A DNA stretch of 64,000 nucleotides from Nitrosopumilaceae archaeon (GCA_965203465.1 CBDBCR010000004.1:1-64000), one strand, 5' to 3'; numbered from the stretch's first letter, positions 51,241-61,916 are shown. The notes: generated by a model not told the origin, from the sequence alone. Numbers and translations: made by a program.

Positions 51241-52434
51241 TTGCGGGATCTCATTGGGGAGGCCAACGCCGTCGTGGCGGACGACTGGGCGGAGGCGCGC
51301 CCCCCGTACAAGGACGACTTGCGCAGGCGGAAAAAAGCGCGCAGGTCAAACATGCAAAAGGCGCTCCCCCTGTACGAAGAGGCCGTCCGGCAGAACCCGG
51401 GCGACGAGCGCGGGTACTGCGGCGCGGTCCTCATGCTCGTGGCGACGGGGCGGTTCGCCGACGCGGCCCCGTACCTGGAAAGGCTGATCCGCCTGCGCCC
51501 GGACGCGGCGTACCCGCACGGCATGATGGGCTGCGTCATGGAGATGACCGGCAGGACCGGCGAGGCGGTCGCCTGCTACGACAGGATGATCGAGGCCGAT
51601 CCAGACGAGATGTTCGGGCGCCTGAGAAAATCCGTCGTGCTGGTCATGCTCGACGAGAACGAGCGGGCCCGGGAATGCCTGGACGATCTGTTCGGGGCCG
51701 AGCCGCGCGGCGCGTCGGCGGCAAAGGATCAGGAAAAAATACGCGACATCCTAGAATACGACGGCCCCGAAAGCGAGGACGACTTTAACGAAAACCTGAT
51801 GCCCGGGCTGGCAAAGATGTGGGAGACGCTGGTCTCGAAAGACGCCGATCTGCCGGAGGGCATCTTCCCCGAAGACATTGGCGCGCTGGCCCGCGCGGCG
51901 GCGGATCTGGACGACGAGGCGGCCGCGGATCCGGACAGCGAAGACGAGAACAGAATCAGGGCCATGATGATGCTCAAAGACGGCAGGTACGAGGAGTCCA
52001 TCGAGTGCCTGGACAGGGTCCTCCGGCTGCGGCCCGACGGCGTGGTGGATCTGGGCCTAAAGGGGATGATGCTGGAGGAGCTGGGCCGCCCCGACGAGGC
52101 ACTCGGATGCTACGAGCGCATAATCGAGGTAGAGCCGGGCGACATGACTGCGCGCCACCGAAAGTGCGGCGTGCTGGCGCGGCGGGGCGAGGTCGAAAGG
52201 GTGCTCGAGTGCTACCGCGCGGCCCTAGAGGCCGAGCCGTCGAACAAGGCAGGCGCGCGCACGAAGAAGGGCATGCGGGAGGAGTACCGCGAGCTGGCGC
52301 GCTGCGCAAAAGAGGCCGGTTCCGTAGAGTCGGGCTTTGCAAAGTTCATGGAAACCACAGGCGTGGAGCCCGGGCGCGCCCCGGGCCGCAGAGGCGCGGG
52401 GGGCAGGCTCCGCGCGGGACGGCGGCGCCGCTAG
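51241..52434 (+). CDS. TPR-repeat protein (paralog 1)
   Basis: ALPLYEEAVRQNPGD...EAVACYDRMIEADP TPR pattern; CACTTATTACGCGCCCC promoter motif upstream. Confidence 0.88.
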   Translation: MRDLIGEANAVVADDWAEARPPYKDDLRRRKKARRSNMQKALPLYEEAVRQNPGDERGYCGAVLMLVATGRFADAAPYLERLIRLRPDAAYPHGMMGCVMEMTGRTGEAVACYDRMIEADPDEMFGRLRKSVVLVMLDENERARECLDDLFGAEPRGASAAKDQEKIRDILEYDGPESEDDFNENLMPGLAKMWETLVSKDADLPEGIFPEDIGALARAAADLDDEAAADPDSEDENRIRAMMMLKDGRYEESIECLDRVLRLRPDGVVDLGLKGMMLEELGRPDEALGCYERIIEVEPGDMTARHRKCGVLARRGEVERVLECYRAALEAEPSNKAGARTKKGMREEYRELARCAKEAGSVESGFAKFMETTGVEPGRAPGRRGAGGRLRAGRRRR

Positions 52435-52480
52435 CCGGAGGCCGCGCCTCACTTATTACGCGCCCCCTGCAGGGCGGGGC

Positions 52481-53602
52481 GTGCGGGATCTGATAAAGGA
52501 GGCCAACGCCCTGGCCGCGGAAAGAAAGACCGGGGAGGCCGTCGGCCTGTACAGCGAGGCGGCCCGGAAAGACCCCGGCGACGTGCGCGCGTACTGCGGC
52601 CTGGCGGCGCTGCACCTAAACGCCAAGAGGTACGGCGAGGCGGCCGGGTACGCCGAGCAGCTGGTCCGCCTCCGGCCCTCGGAGGCCTGGCCGCGCGGCA
52701 TACTGGGCATAGCGCTCAGCCTGTCGGGCAGAAAGCGCGAGGCGCTCGACTGCTACGAAAAGATGGCCGAACTGGACCCCGACGACATGCTGGCGCGCTT
52801 CAACGCCATAATGGAGATGGTCTCGCTGGGCAAGACGGGCAGGGCCAGGCGGGCCATGAAAAAGTTCCGCGCGGCCCGGCCGTCCAGGCCGTCGGCCGAG
52901 GCCGAGCGGCGCATGGCCGTCCGCGTCCTGCGGGAGGGCCGCATCCGCAGCGAGTCCTCGACGGCGCTGATGCCCGGCGTCGCGCAGCTCCACAGGGTGC
53001 TGTTCTCCAAGGACCGCAAAGACGCCGACAGCGAGCCGAGGCGCCTGCTGGAGCTGGCCGGCGCGGCCGGGGATCTGGGCATGCAGGAAGAGGCCGCCGA
53101 GATGATCGACGCGGCGCTGGCCCTCGATCCCGACTTTGCCGACGCGCACAGCGCGAAGGCAAACGCGCTGGCAAAGGCCGACATGGACTCGGAGGCGCTG
53201 CGCTCGGCCGACGCGGCCCTGCGCGAAAAGCCCGACTCGGTGCCGGACATGGTCGTAAAGGGGATGATCCTCGCCAGGGCCGGCCGCTTCGAAGAGGCCT
53301 CGGCGTGCTACGACCGCGCCATAGCGCTGGAGCCGGGCGAGATGATAGCCTACCACCTAAAGTGCCGCCTGTTCGCGGTATCCAAAGACGCCAAAGGCCT
53401 CGCCGGGTGGTACCGCGCGGCCCTCGCGGCCGAGCCGTCCGACGGGTACCGCAGGCAGATCCAGGAGCAGATGCGCGCAGAGCACGCCGAGCTGGAGCGC
53501 TGGACAAAGGCCGCCGGCTCTGAAGAGCTGGGCCTCGAGGCGTTCATGGAAAAGGGCGGCGTCGGCGCGCAGCTGCCGCCGGACCCGCGCGCGGATGCGT
53601 GA
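52481..53602 (+). CDS. TPR-repeat protein (paralog 2)
   Basis: GTG start RDLIKEANALAA, same promoter motif at about 52450, TPR motifs. Confidence 0.88.
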   Translation: MRDLIKEANALAAERKTGEAVGLYSEAARKDPGDVRAYCGLAALHLNAKRYGEAAGYAEQLVRLRPSEAWPRGILGIALSLSGRKREALDCYEKMAELDPDDMLARFNAIMEMVSLGKTGRARRAMKKFRAARPSRPSAEAERRMAVRVLREGRIRSESSTALMPGVAQLHRVLFSKDRKDADSEPRRLLELAGAAGDLGMQEEAAEMIDAALALDPDFADAHSAKANALAKADMDSEALRSADAALREKPDSVPDMVVKGMILARAGRFEEASACYDRAIALEPGEMIAYHLKCRLFAVSKDAKGLAGWYRAALAAEPSDGYRRQIQEQMRAEHAELERWTKAAGSEELGLEAFMEKGGVGAQLPPDPRADA

Positions 53603-53639
53603 GGGCCCCACTTATTACGCGCCCCCTCCATGGCCGGGC

Positions 53640-54737
53640 GTGCGGGATCTGATAAAGGAGGCCAACGCCCTGGCCGCGGAGGGCCGGAACGAAGAGGCGC
53701 TGTCTTTGTACCGCGAGGCGGTCCGGAAAGACCCGGACGGCGAGCGGGGGCACTGCGGCATGGCCGCGATGCTCCTGAGGGCCAGGCGGTACGACGAGGC
53801 GGCCGGGTGCGCAGAAGAGCTGATGCGGCTCCGGCCCGGCGAGGCCTGGCCGCACGGCGTGCTTGGCGTGGCGCGCAACCTCGCGGGCAGGAAGGACGAT
53901 GCGCTGGCCTGCTTCCAGAAAATGATAAAACTGGATCCGGACGACATGATGGCGCGCCTCAGCGCGGTGGTGCTGCTGGCCTCGTCCGGCAGGAAAAAAG
54001 AGGCCGAGGCGGCATTCCGCCGGCTGGCAGAGGCCCGCCCGTCCGGGCCGCTGGCCGCAGCCGAGCAGCGCCTGGCGGTCTCGGCCCTGCGCGGGGGCGT
54101 CAAGCGCGGCTCGGACGCCTCGGCCCTGATGCCGGGCATGGCGGAGCTCAACGCGGTGCTCTCCTCGCGCGACGGCCGGGGCGGGCCTGAAGCGCTGCTG
54201 ACGCGCGCCGCCGAGGTGGAAAGACTCGGCATGCGCAGGGAGGCGGCCGCGATGATCGACGCGGCGCTGGCCGCGTACCCCGGCTCTGCCCAAGCGCACA
54301 GGGCAAAGGCCGCCGCGCTGGACGGCGACGGCAGGAGCGCGGAGGCGCTGGCCTCCCTGGACGAGGCGCTCCGGCTGGGGCCCGGCTCGGCCGGCGACCT
54401 GCTCACCAAGGGGAGGCTCCTGTCGGACCTGGGGCGTGCGGGCGAGGCGCTCGCCTGCTACGAGCGCGCCATATCGCTGGACCGGGGCGAGCTGATAGCC
54501 TACCACCTAAAGTGCCGCCTGCTGGCCCTCGCCGGCGACGCGCCGGGCCTGGCAGAGTGCTACCGCGCGGCCCTCGCGGCCGAGCCGTCCGACGGGTACC
54601 GCCGCGGCGTGCAGGAGCGGATGCGCGCAGAGTACGCCGAGCTGGAGCGCTGGACAAAGGCCGCCGGCTCTGAAAAGCTGGGCCTCGAGGCGTTCGTGGA
54701 AAAGAGCGGCGTCGGCGGGCGGCCGCCGCCCGACTGA
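53640..54737 (+). CDS. TPR-repeat protein (paralog 3)
   Basis: GTG start RDLIKEANALAA, same promoter motif at about 53609; 3' end nearly identical to paralog 2. Confidence 0.88.
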   Translation: MRDLIKEANALAAEGRNEEALSLYREAVRKDPDGERGHCGMAAMLLRARRYDEAAGCAEELMRLRPGEAWPHGVLGVARNLAGRKDDALACFQKMIKLDPDDMMARLSAVVLLASSGRKKEAEAAFRRLAEARPSGPLAAAEQRLAVSALRGGVKRGSDASALMPGMAELNAVLSSRDGRGGPEALLTRAAEVERLGMRREAAAMIDAALAAYPGSAQAHRAKAAALDGDGRSAEALASLDEALRLGPGSAGDLLTKGRLLSDLGRAGEALACYERAISLDRGELIAYHLKCRLLALAGDAPGLAECYRAALAAEPSDGYRRGVQERMRAEYAELERWTKAAGSEKLGLEAFVEKSGVGGRPPPD

Positions 54738-54809
54738 GTGTAGTCCCGAAATCATTTCGCGCGCCGGCCGGGCGCTTGCGTTATATCGCCCGGCCGCCGC
54801 CGCCCGCGC

Positions 54810-55970
54810 GTGGACCCGGTGGAAAGAGCCAACGCGCTCGCCTCCCAAGACAGGCACGCAGAGGCGCTCCCCCTGTACCTCGAGGCCGTCCGGGAAAACC
54901 CGGGCGACGAGCGCGGGTACTGCGGGGCGGTCGTCTCCCTCATGGAGACGAAAAGGAGCAGAGAGGCCGTCCCGTACCTGGAAAGGATGATGGAACTGCG
55001 GCCCGAGGAAGCCTGGCCGCACGGCGTCATGGGCCAGGTCATGGAGCGGGACGGCAGGCCCGACGAGGCGCTTGCGTGCTACGAAAAGATGGCCCAACTG
55101 GATCCCGACGAGGTGCTGGCGCACTTTCGCAAGGCGCAGATAATGCTCTCGAGGGACCTGGAAAAAGAGTACGAAAAATGCATAGTGCACCTGCTGAGCC
55201 TAAAGCCCGCCCGCGCCTCGCACGTCGAGGATCAGGGGCGGGTAGTCGTGTTCATAAAGGAAACGCGCGTGTGCGGCTCGGACGGCCTGATGCCTGGGAC
55301 GCGAAAGATGCTCAGTACGCTGCGGCGCGGCCCCCGGGGCGAAGACCCGGACGCGCTGGTGGAGCGGGCCGGCTCCCTCGCGGCCGGGGGCATGTTCGAG
55401 GGCGCGGCCGCGGCCGCCGGCGAGGCCGCGCGCGTGGACCCCGATTTTGCCTCGGCGCACAGCGCGAGGGCCGAGGCGATGGCCGGGCTGGGCAGGTACC
55501 GCGAGGCGCTCGGGTGCATAGGCGAGGCCGTCCGGCTGAGGCCCTACGACGACTACGACTTGGCTACAAAGGGCATGCTGCTCGAAAGGCTGGGCCGCTT
55601 CGGGGAGGCGGCCGAATGCTACGACCGGATCGTGCGGGCAGACGGGGCGGACATGGCGGCGCGCTACCTCAAATGCGGCGCGCTGGCGCACGCCGGCGAC
55701 GCCGAGGGGCTGGCGGCGTGCTACCGCGAGGCCCTCGGGGCCGAGGCGGGCAAGAGGGGCGCGCGGCTGCAAAGGCTGATGCGGGCCGAGCTTTCGGATC
55801 TGCAAAGCTGCGCGGACGCGGCCGGCTCGGCCGCCGCCGGCCTCGCCGAGTTCATGAGGACGGGCGGAGTCGGCGCGAGGCCCCGGTGGGGCAGGCCCGG
55901 CGGGGCCCGGCCGGTCTCCCGGCGCCGGGATGCGAGGCCCGGCAGGCTGCGCGCCGGCAGGCGCGCCTAG
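54810..55970 (+). CDS. TPR-repeat protein (paralog 4)
   Basis: EALPLYLEAVRENPGDERGYCG and further TPR units; basic tail ending GRLRAGRRA. Confidence 0.88.
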   Translation: MDPVERANALASQDRHAEALPLYLEAVRENPGDERGYCGAVVSLMETKRSREAVPYLERMMELRPEEAWPHGVMGQVMERDGRPDEALACYEKMAQLDPDEVLAHFRKAQIMLSRDLEKEYEKCIVHLLSLKPARASHVEDQGRVVVFIKETRVCGSDGLMPGTRKMLSTLRRGPRGEDPDALVERAGSLAAGGMFEGAAAAAGEAARVDPDFASAHSARAEAMAGLGRYREALGCIGEAVRLRPYDDYDLATKGMLLERLGRFGEAAECYDRIVRADGADMAARYLKCGALAHAGDAEGLAACYREALGAEAGKRGARLQRLMRAELSDLQSCADAAGSAAAGLAEFMRTGGVGARPRWGRPGGARPVSRRRDARPGRLRAGRRA

Positions 55971-56187
55971 CCGGGGAGGCGGGCGGCGCCGTCCCGGCCT
56001 TGCGCCGAGCCCGATCGGGAAACCGCGGCGATCGCAAGAGGGCGGATCCGGGGCGGTGGACGGCGGCACGCCGCCCGCGGACCGGCGGTTGGAAAGCCGT
56101 GATCGCCCGGCCGCGTGCGGCCTGCCGCAACCGACGGGGAAATGGCGGCCGGCCCTGGCGGTGCGGAGCCCTGGCGCCCGCCTGGCC

Positions 56188-58326
56188 TCATGCCCGTGTT
56201 GCGTGCAAGCCGGGGTCAGATTCGCGTGCGCGTGATTCGAGTTCCAAGAAACATTCTTCCGACATGCCCGATCCGTCGTGTCCGCGCCCGTTTGTTACCA
56301 TGAATTGGCTGTAGAGCACCGTCCTGACATCAGCTCGGGACAGATTGAGCCCGGCGCTGCCGAGCAGGCGGGCCTTGTGCTGCGCCATGCCGACCGCCGC
56401 CGCGGCGGCGTCCCCGCATGCTTCCGAGTCAGCGCACGCCCGCTTTTTGCACACGAAGATCACGTCCAACTGAATCGGGGATCTGGACTGAGTCATGGGG
56501 ACGGAAACCGACATTTCAGCTTTGACGGGGTGTGCGCCGACCGGCACAAAGCCGGATCTTGCCAGCGATTCGTGCACGGACGTCCATCCGTCTGGCCGGG
56601 AGTGGTGGTAGGTGAATACCAGCAGGCCCTCGTCGGCCAGGACCCTGTGGCACTCGGAGAACACGGCGGCCAGCTTTGCCGCAAACCGGCCAGGATTCGA
56701 GTCTTGCACCTCTTTCTTGTCGCGGGTTGTGTCTCCGCCGCCAATGAAACCGCGCGGATACAGCCTCCCCCACGAATAGAAGAAATCGGCCAGTTCCGAA
56801 TAGTTGACGTTGTCGAAGAACGGAGGATCCGTGACTACGTAGTCGATGGCGCCGTCGTCCAGATCCATCTTGTCGGAGCTTCCGCAGGCCAGCTTTATCC
56901 CGCCCGGCTCGGGCCGCCGTCTGTCAAGAGCGCCCACGCCCCATTTGAGCGCGCCCTCGGAAGAGGGCGTCTTGCGATCCTCGGCCCCCAGCTCGAAAGG
57001 CTCGCGCTTGTAATCCAGCGCCCTCAGCAGCCTGGATCTGAACAGCCCGGAGAACGACCCGGAGCTCTTCTCCGTCCCCCACACGTTCGCTTCCAGAGGC
57101 ATGCGCTCCGGTTTCAGTATGTGGTGGGCGAACATGTGTCTGACCGCCCCAGTCCCCTCCCCCTTGTAGCTGGCGAACATGTTGTTGAACTCGAGCGTGC
57201 CGGAGAACAGCAAAAGCAGGGCGTCCCGGCACGCGGCGTCGCCGATTCGCCAGATTGCGCTCTGGAGCCATCCGAGAGACAGCAGCTGGCGATCGTTGAA
57301 AAACTCCCTCCATGTCCGGTAATTGTAATTGATTGCCTGCCTTGTGTTGTGGCCGTCGGCCAATTCCGTGCGGGGCAACTTTATCTCGCCGTTCCCGACG
57401 GCAGATCGGAGGGCAATCGAGCACTTGGCGTATGCTGCGGCATCTTCCCGGGTGGCCTTGGCGTACCTTTTTTCGCCGTCGGCCGTCAGGACGAGCTTTC
57501 CGTAGAGCCTGTGCTCCGGAGGACTCTTGCTTGATCTGACGGAGTCCACAACGGCGAATTTCCTGCGGCACGCTCTGCACGTGGCGCTGGCCCCGCGCGC
57601 AGATCCGGCATCCGGCTCGAATGTGTGTGAGCAAGACGGGCACGCGGCCGCGTTCGCGGTCTTGCGCCAAGGGAATATGTCCCAGCATTCCGGGCACACC
57701 ACGTGCACGTTTCTGGCCTTCAGCGGGTTTGCGGTTCTTGCGAACGCGTACGTCGGAAACAGACTGACGCCAGATCCGCATCCGGGGCATTGCACCTGCT
57801 TGACCCAAAAAAAGTAGAGCACGTCGCACTGCCGCCCGTCTGAATCGCGCGTCTTGTACAGAGATCTTATCCTGTCGCGCGTCTCAAAGGCAACCTCGTT
57901 AAACGCCGCCATGATCTTCTCCCTCGGCGGGGAGGACATGGATACCCTGACCGCCTCGCACGCTACGGGGTTTATGTCCATGCCAAAAGAAGTGCAGCCG
58001 ATCTTGTGGGATTCGCCGATCGTGGTGCCGCTACCCATGAAAGGATCTAGGATTGATACGCCCGGATGGCTCCCGGGACGGTAGAACGCCTGGCGGAAGT
58101 CCGCATCAGGAGGCACGACGCAGCCGACGACTATTGCCCGGAACACCGAGCCCAGCCTGCGGGCCCACCATTTGTGCGTGTAGTACATGGGCCGGTAGAT
58201 CTCCTTCCTCCAGCTCTCTCTGAGCGCCAGCTTGGAAACGAAGTCTATCGGAAAATGATCGGACTCTATGGCGCGGATCCCCGTGCCGGCGGCGCGCGGG
58301 ATCGACACCTGATCCGACACGGTCAT
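56188..58326 (-). CDS. Amino-DNA methyltransferase with zinc-ribbon insertion (COG1743-like)
   Basis: HKWWARR, LDPFMGSGT, four CxxC pairs, VTDPPFFDNVNYSELADFF, VFTYHH. ATG at 58326 overlaps the upstream stop. Confidence 0.88.
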   Translation of the reverse strand: MTVSDQVSIPRAAGTGIRAIESDHFPIDFVSKLALRESWRKEIYRPMYYTHKWWARRLGSVFRAIVVGCVVPPDADFRQAFYRPGSHPGVSILDPFMGSGTTIGESHKIGCTSFGMDINPVACEAVRVSMSSPPREKIMAAFNEVAFETRDRIRSLYKTRDSDGRQCDVLYFFWVKQVQCPGCGSGVSLFPTYAFARTANPLKARNVHVVCPECWDIFPWRKTANAAACPSCSHTFEPDAGSARGASATCRACRRKFAVVDSVRSSKSPPEHRLYGKLVLTADGEKRYAKATREDAAAYAKCSIALRSAVGNGEIKLPRTELADGHNTRQAINYNYRTWREFFNDRQLLSLGWLQSAIWRIGDAACRDALLLLFSGTLEFNNMFASYKGEGTGAVRHMFAHHILKPERMPLEANVWGTEKSSGSFSGLFRSRLLRALDYKREPFELGAEDRKTPSSEGALKWGVGALDRRRPEPGGIKLACGSSDKMDLDDGAIDYVVTDPPFFDNVNYSELADFFYSWGRLYPRGFIGGGDTTRDKKEVQDSNPGRFAAKLAAVFSECHRVLADEGLLVFTYHHSRPDGWTSVHESLARSGFVPVGAHPVKAEMSVSVPMTQSRSPIQLDVIFVCKKRACADSEACGDAAAAAVGMAQHKARLLGSAGLNLSRADVRTVLYSQFMVTNGRGHDGSGMSEECFLELESRARESDPGLHATRA

Positions 58327-59084
58327 TCTTCGCCCTCCCCGCGCATACGCACCGGATCGTCGGGATCGCCGGCGAGCCTCCACGCGCAGAACTCGTGCCT
58401 TTTCCCGGCTGCGGGGTTGGGTTCTGTGCGAGCCGTGATCTCGCTACTGCGCAGGTCAAAGTTGTACCCCACGATCACGCGGTCTGCCTCGATCCTGGAC
58501 AGAACCCCGATTCTGGCCAATTCCCCCGGCACCTCCGCATCGGATGGCAATATGAGGGTCCTGTGGTGGGTAGTGCCCGCCGCTATTGCAAACGGGGTCG
58601 GCAGCACATACATTTTCCGATCCCTGATCATAACGTCCCCGTAGCTGCCGAAGCCCTTCACGCTCTTGTTGGCATGGGTGTATCCATGATCGGCGTTTAG
58701 GAAATCCCCGTGGCATATTGCCAGATCCATCACCGGATAATGCCGTCCGTCGGGTCTGGCAGGATACCGACCGAATATGTAATATATCGTTCTGCCGTTA
58801 TGCACGCCGCTTGGAATCTGGCTGTTGGAGTCGTATGTCAGGTCCCTTCCCGGATACGCCAGTCCCTTCACCTCAAACCCGTCACTGGCCGACACCATCC
58901 TGAAGTCCGGGTATGAGTTTCTTCCAGCCGTTTCAAAATCCAGCCGCAATTCCCCGATTCTGTCCTTTACCCAGTTCTGGAAGTGGAATTCTTTGTCGGT
59001 GTCGCTTTCGCTAGATATGAGCTTGTTGTCGTTCATGGCCAAGACGCATTTTTTGAATAGCGCGGCCGCGACGTTCAATGACAT
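58323..59084 (-). CDS. Putative type II restriction endonuclease (PD-(D/E)xK)
   Basis: NSYPDF...GFEVKG...DSNSQIP motif; translationally coupled to the methyltransferase. Confidence 0.7.
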   Translation of the reverse strand: MSLNVAAALFKKCVLAMNDNKLISSESDTDKEFHFQNWVKDRIGELRLDFETAGRNSYPDFRMVSASDGFEVKGLAYPGRDLTYDSNSQIPSGVHNGRTIYYIFGRYPARPDGRHYPVMDLAICHGDFLNADHGYTHANKSVKGFGSYGDVMIRDRKMYVLPTPFAIAAGTTHHRTLILPSDAEVPGELARIGVLSRIEADRVIVGYNFDLRSSEITARTEPNPAAGKRHEFCAWRLAGDPDDPVRMRGEGEE

Positions 59085-59197
59085 GCCGCTTGCAAGTTGC
59101 AATTTAAATCTAGGCTGGATCGCTGGGCCGTCCTTATTTAACGGGCCGGAGGCGGCAATTTCGCGCCCGTCCGCCGAATTTACAACAGTGCCAGAAC

Positions 59198-59670
59198 TTG
59201 GCCGAGTCCGACACGCTGGGCGACGGCGATTCCCGCTTTTGGAACTGGTTCAAGATCCAAAAAGTGCGCGTTTCCCGCAAAGCGCTTCGGGCCGGATCTT
59301 CCGTACGAGCGCGACATTTGCCTGCGGGGGCCGTATTCGCAGATCATGGGGGACGAGTGCCGGGACTTGGCGGAAAACGGGGATCGGTGCGACGAGGCCC
59401 GGCCCGAGCTGCCGCAAGAGTTCCGCGGCGGCGGGTTCCTAGACTTCGTCCGGGGCGGGAGCAACGGCTGGCTGGAGATGGCGACCACGCTGCTACCCAA
59501 GAGGAAACGCATGACGAAAATGGACCGCATCATGGAGGGCGCCGAAGGCTGGGGTCGGCTTCACGCGCGAATTCATAGAATTCGCCCTGCGCGACCTGGA
59601 GGGCGCCGGCCCGATCGAGTGCGACGGGCGACCGCAGTCGGTCTGCGTTCTCTTCGCGTACTCGGCTCTT
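59198..59670 (+). pseudogene. Frameshifted remnant resembling SocA/DUF4065-type antitoxin proteins
   Basis: FKIQK in one frame, CLRGPYS...WLEMATTLL in a second, FIEFALRDL in a third. Confidence 0.4.
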
Positions 59671-59832
59671 GGACGGGGCCGCAACGCGGCCTCGGAACGC
59701 GGCGCCCCGCCTCGGACGCCCCGCGCTCCTTTTCCCCCGCGCTCGCGGCGCCCGACGCATGCAGGAACCGAAGCCCAGGGCGATCGGGCCGGCCGCGCCT
59801 ATCTTATATGCCGCCTGCCCCTCCCCCCGCGC

Positions 59833-61011
59833 GTGGACTGGGAGCGGGCCGCCGATCTGATCCGCGCGCACAGGTACCGGCAGGCCCTGCCGCTCTACGA
59901 GGAGGCCGTCCGGAAAAACCCGGGCGACGAGCGCGGGTACTGCGGGGCGGTCATCGCGCTGATGGAGACAAGAAAGCGCAAGGAGGCTGCCGCGTACCTG
60001 GAAAGGCTGATGAAACTGCGACCCGAGGAAGCCTACCCGCTCGGCGTCATGGGCTGCGTCATGGAGGACGACGGCAGGAAAGACGAGGCGATGGCGTGGT
60101 ACCAAAAGATGATCGAACTCGACCCCCAAGAGACGCTGGCGCGCTTACGGCAGGCGCAGATGACCATGAGGGACAAGGAAAAGCAGTACGAAAAGCACCT
60201 GGTGGACGCAATCAAGCTAAAGACGACCCGCGCCTCGGCCGTCGAGGATCAGGCGCGGCTGGTCGCGTTCATCGACGAAAAGTACAGGGGCGGCAAGGAG
60301 GGCATGATGCCGGGGGTGCTCAAGATGCGCCGGATGCTGCGGTGCGGCCCGCCCGAAGACCGCAAGGACCCCGACCTGCTGCTGGAGCGGGCCGGCTCCC
60401 TGGCGGCCGGGGGCATGATCGAAGAGGCCGCCGAGGCGGCCGCCGAGGCCGCGTCCGTAGATCCGGACTTTGCCACCGCGCACGGCGTAAGGGGCGAGAT
60501 GCTCGCGGAGCTGGGCAGGTACGGCGAGGCCGCCGCGTGCATCGGCGAGGCCGTCCGGATAATGCCGTACGACACCGAGAACCTGATGCTAAAGGGAATG
60601 CTGCTCGAAAAGCTGGGCCGCTTCGGAGAGGCGGCAGAATGCTACGGCCGGACGATAAAGGCGGACCGGATGCACATGACGGCGCGCTACCTCAAGTGCG
60701 GCGCGCTGGCGCACGCCGGCGACGCCAAGGGGCTGGCAAAGTGCTACCGCGAGGCCGTCGAGGCCGAGACGGACAGGGACGGCGCCAGCATGCAAAAACA
60801 GATGCTCGCCGAGTACTCGGAGCTGCAAAGGTGCACGGGCGAGGCCGGCTCTGCGGCCGCCGGCCTGGCCGAATTTCTCAGGACGACGGGCGTCGGCATA
60901 CGGACCCGGTGGGGCCGCCCCGGCGAGGACGCGCGCCCGCTCCCCCCTTTCCGGCGCAGGCCGCGCGGGCCGGCGAGGCAGGGCAGGCTGCGCGCCGGCA
61001 GGCGCGCCTAG
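59833..61011 (+). CDS. TPR-repeat protein (paralog 5)
   Basis: Closest to paralog 4, with an identical 3' end GGCAGGCTGCGCGCCGGCAGGCGCGCCTAG. Confidence 0.88.
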   Translation: MDWERAADLIRAHRYRQALPLYEEAVRKNPGDERGYCGAVIALMETRKRKEAAAYLERLMKLRPEEAYPLGVMGCVMEDDGRKDEAMAWYQKMIELDPQETLARLRQAQMTMRDKEKQYEKHLVDAIKLKTTRASAVEDQARLVAFIDEKYRGGKEGMMPGVLKMRRMLRCGPPEDRKDPDLLLERAGSLAAGGMIEEAAEAAAEAASVDPDFATAHGVRGEMLAELGRYGEAAACIGEAVRIMPYDTENLMLKGMLLEKLGRFGEAAECYGRTIKADRMHMTARYLKCGALAHAGDAKGLAKCYREAVEAETDRDGASMQKQMLAEYSELQRCTGEAGSAAAGLAEFLRTTGVGIRTRWGRPGEDARPLPPFRRRPRGPARQGRLRAGRRA

Positions 61012-61916
61012 TCGGGCCGCAGGCGGCGCGCCGGCGCGGTCAGGGCCTGCACGGACCTGCGCCACTCCGCGTCCCCCTGCGAGACGCAGACCGAATCGAG
61101 CGCCGAGACGAAGTCTTGGGCGAAATAGTCCAGCTCGCCGAGCGCCACGCGCCGCGCCAGCCGCGATATGATTCTTCTGCGGCCCCCGACCGAAAGGCCG
61201 GCCGCGTACGACGCCAGATTGCCGAGCGCCGACCGCAGCGACTCGTGGTAGTGCGCGTACGAATCGTCTGTCATGGCCGTGTTCTTTACGACCGTTTCGG
61301 CCGCGATCAGGCATATCCGGGCCGCCTCGTCGGCGTCGCCCGCCGATGCGAACCTTCCGGCCGCCTCTTCGGCCACGTCAAAGTGCACGAAGTCGAGTCC
61401 CTCTAGGTATCCGTCGACCGCCTTTTCGATGTACATCACGTCCAGCACGCGCCCGTAGTCGACGCCGCGCGGGGGGAGCCCGCGCGGCGGCAGCTCGAGC
61501 AGGTGAAGCAAGTCGCGGTCCGCGCGCTTTTTCCACGCGGCGGCGACGGCCAGCTCTTTTTTCTGCCACGGCTCGGCCGTCTCCGCCGCCTCGCGTATGC
61601 CTTCGTCCTCCTCGGCGCGCGCCTCCCTGAGGGCGTCCATGTTCTCGGCGGCGTACACCGCCAGCTCGGTCGCGTGGGAGCAGTACCTGGCCCTCTGCCT
61701 GCACCCGCACGAGACCTCCAGCTCGCCGCCCTCCACGCGCGCGTACACCGGCCTCCAGTTCTTGCCGCCCGGCAGCACCGCCCACACGCCGCCGTCCTCC
61801 AGCCGCGGGGCCAGCACGGGGCCCGAGCCCCACCACGGACTGCCGTTCCTGCGCGCCTCCTCCTCGCCGACCGCCGCGATCACGGCCGCCATGTCTATCC
61901 CCGGCCCGTCCCGCAC
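61008..61916 (-). CDS. SWIM zinc-finger protein (paralog 3)
   Basis: CGCRQRARYCSH, LLELPPRGLPPRGVDYGRVLD and DDSYAHY shared with 23695-24609. Confidence 0.8.
   Translation of the reverse strand: MRDGPGIDMAAVIAAVGEEEARRNGSPWWGSGPVLAPRLEDGGVWAVLPGGKNWRPVYARVEGGELEVSCGCRQRARYCSHATELAVYAAENMDALREARAEEDEGIREAAETAEPWQKKELAVAAAWKKRADRDLLHLLELPPRGLPPRGVDYGRVLDVMYIEKAVDGYLEGLDFVHFDVAEEAAGRFASAGDADEAARICLIAAETVVKNTAMTDDSYAHYHESLRSALGNLASYAAGLSVGGRRRIISRLARRVALGELDYFAQDFVSALDSVCVSQGDAEWRRSVQALTAPARRLRPD

Noticed and set aside
51292-51385. Degenerate 66-bp-period duplication in TPR paralog 1, and a similar one at 13280-13370, as further off-target integrations
   Set aside because: The period is 66 rather than about 72 and the copies are too diverged to call.
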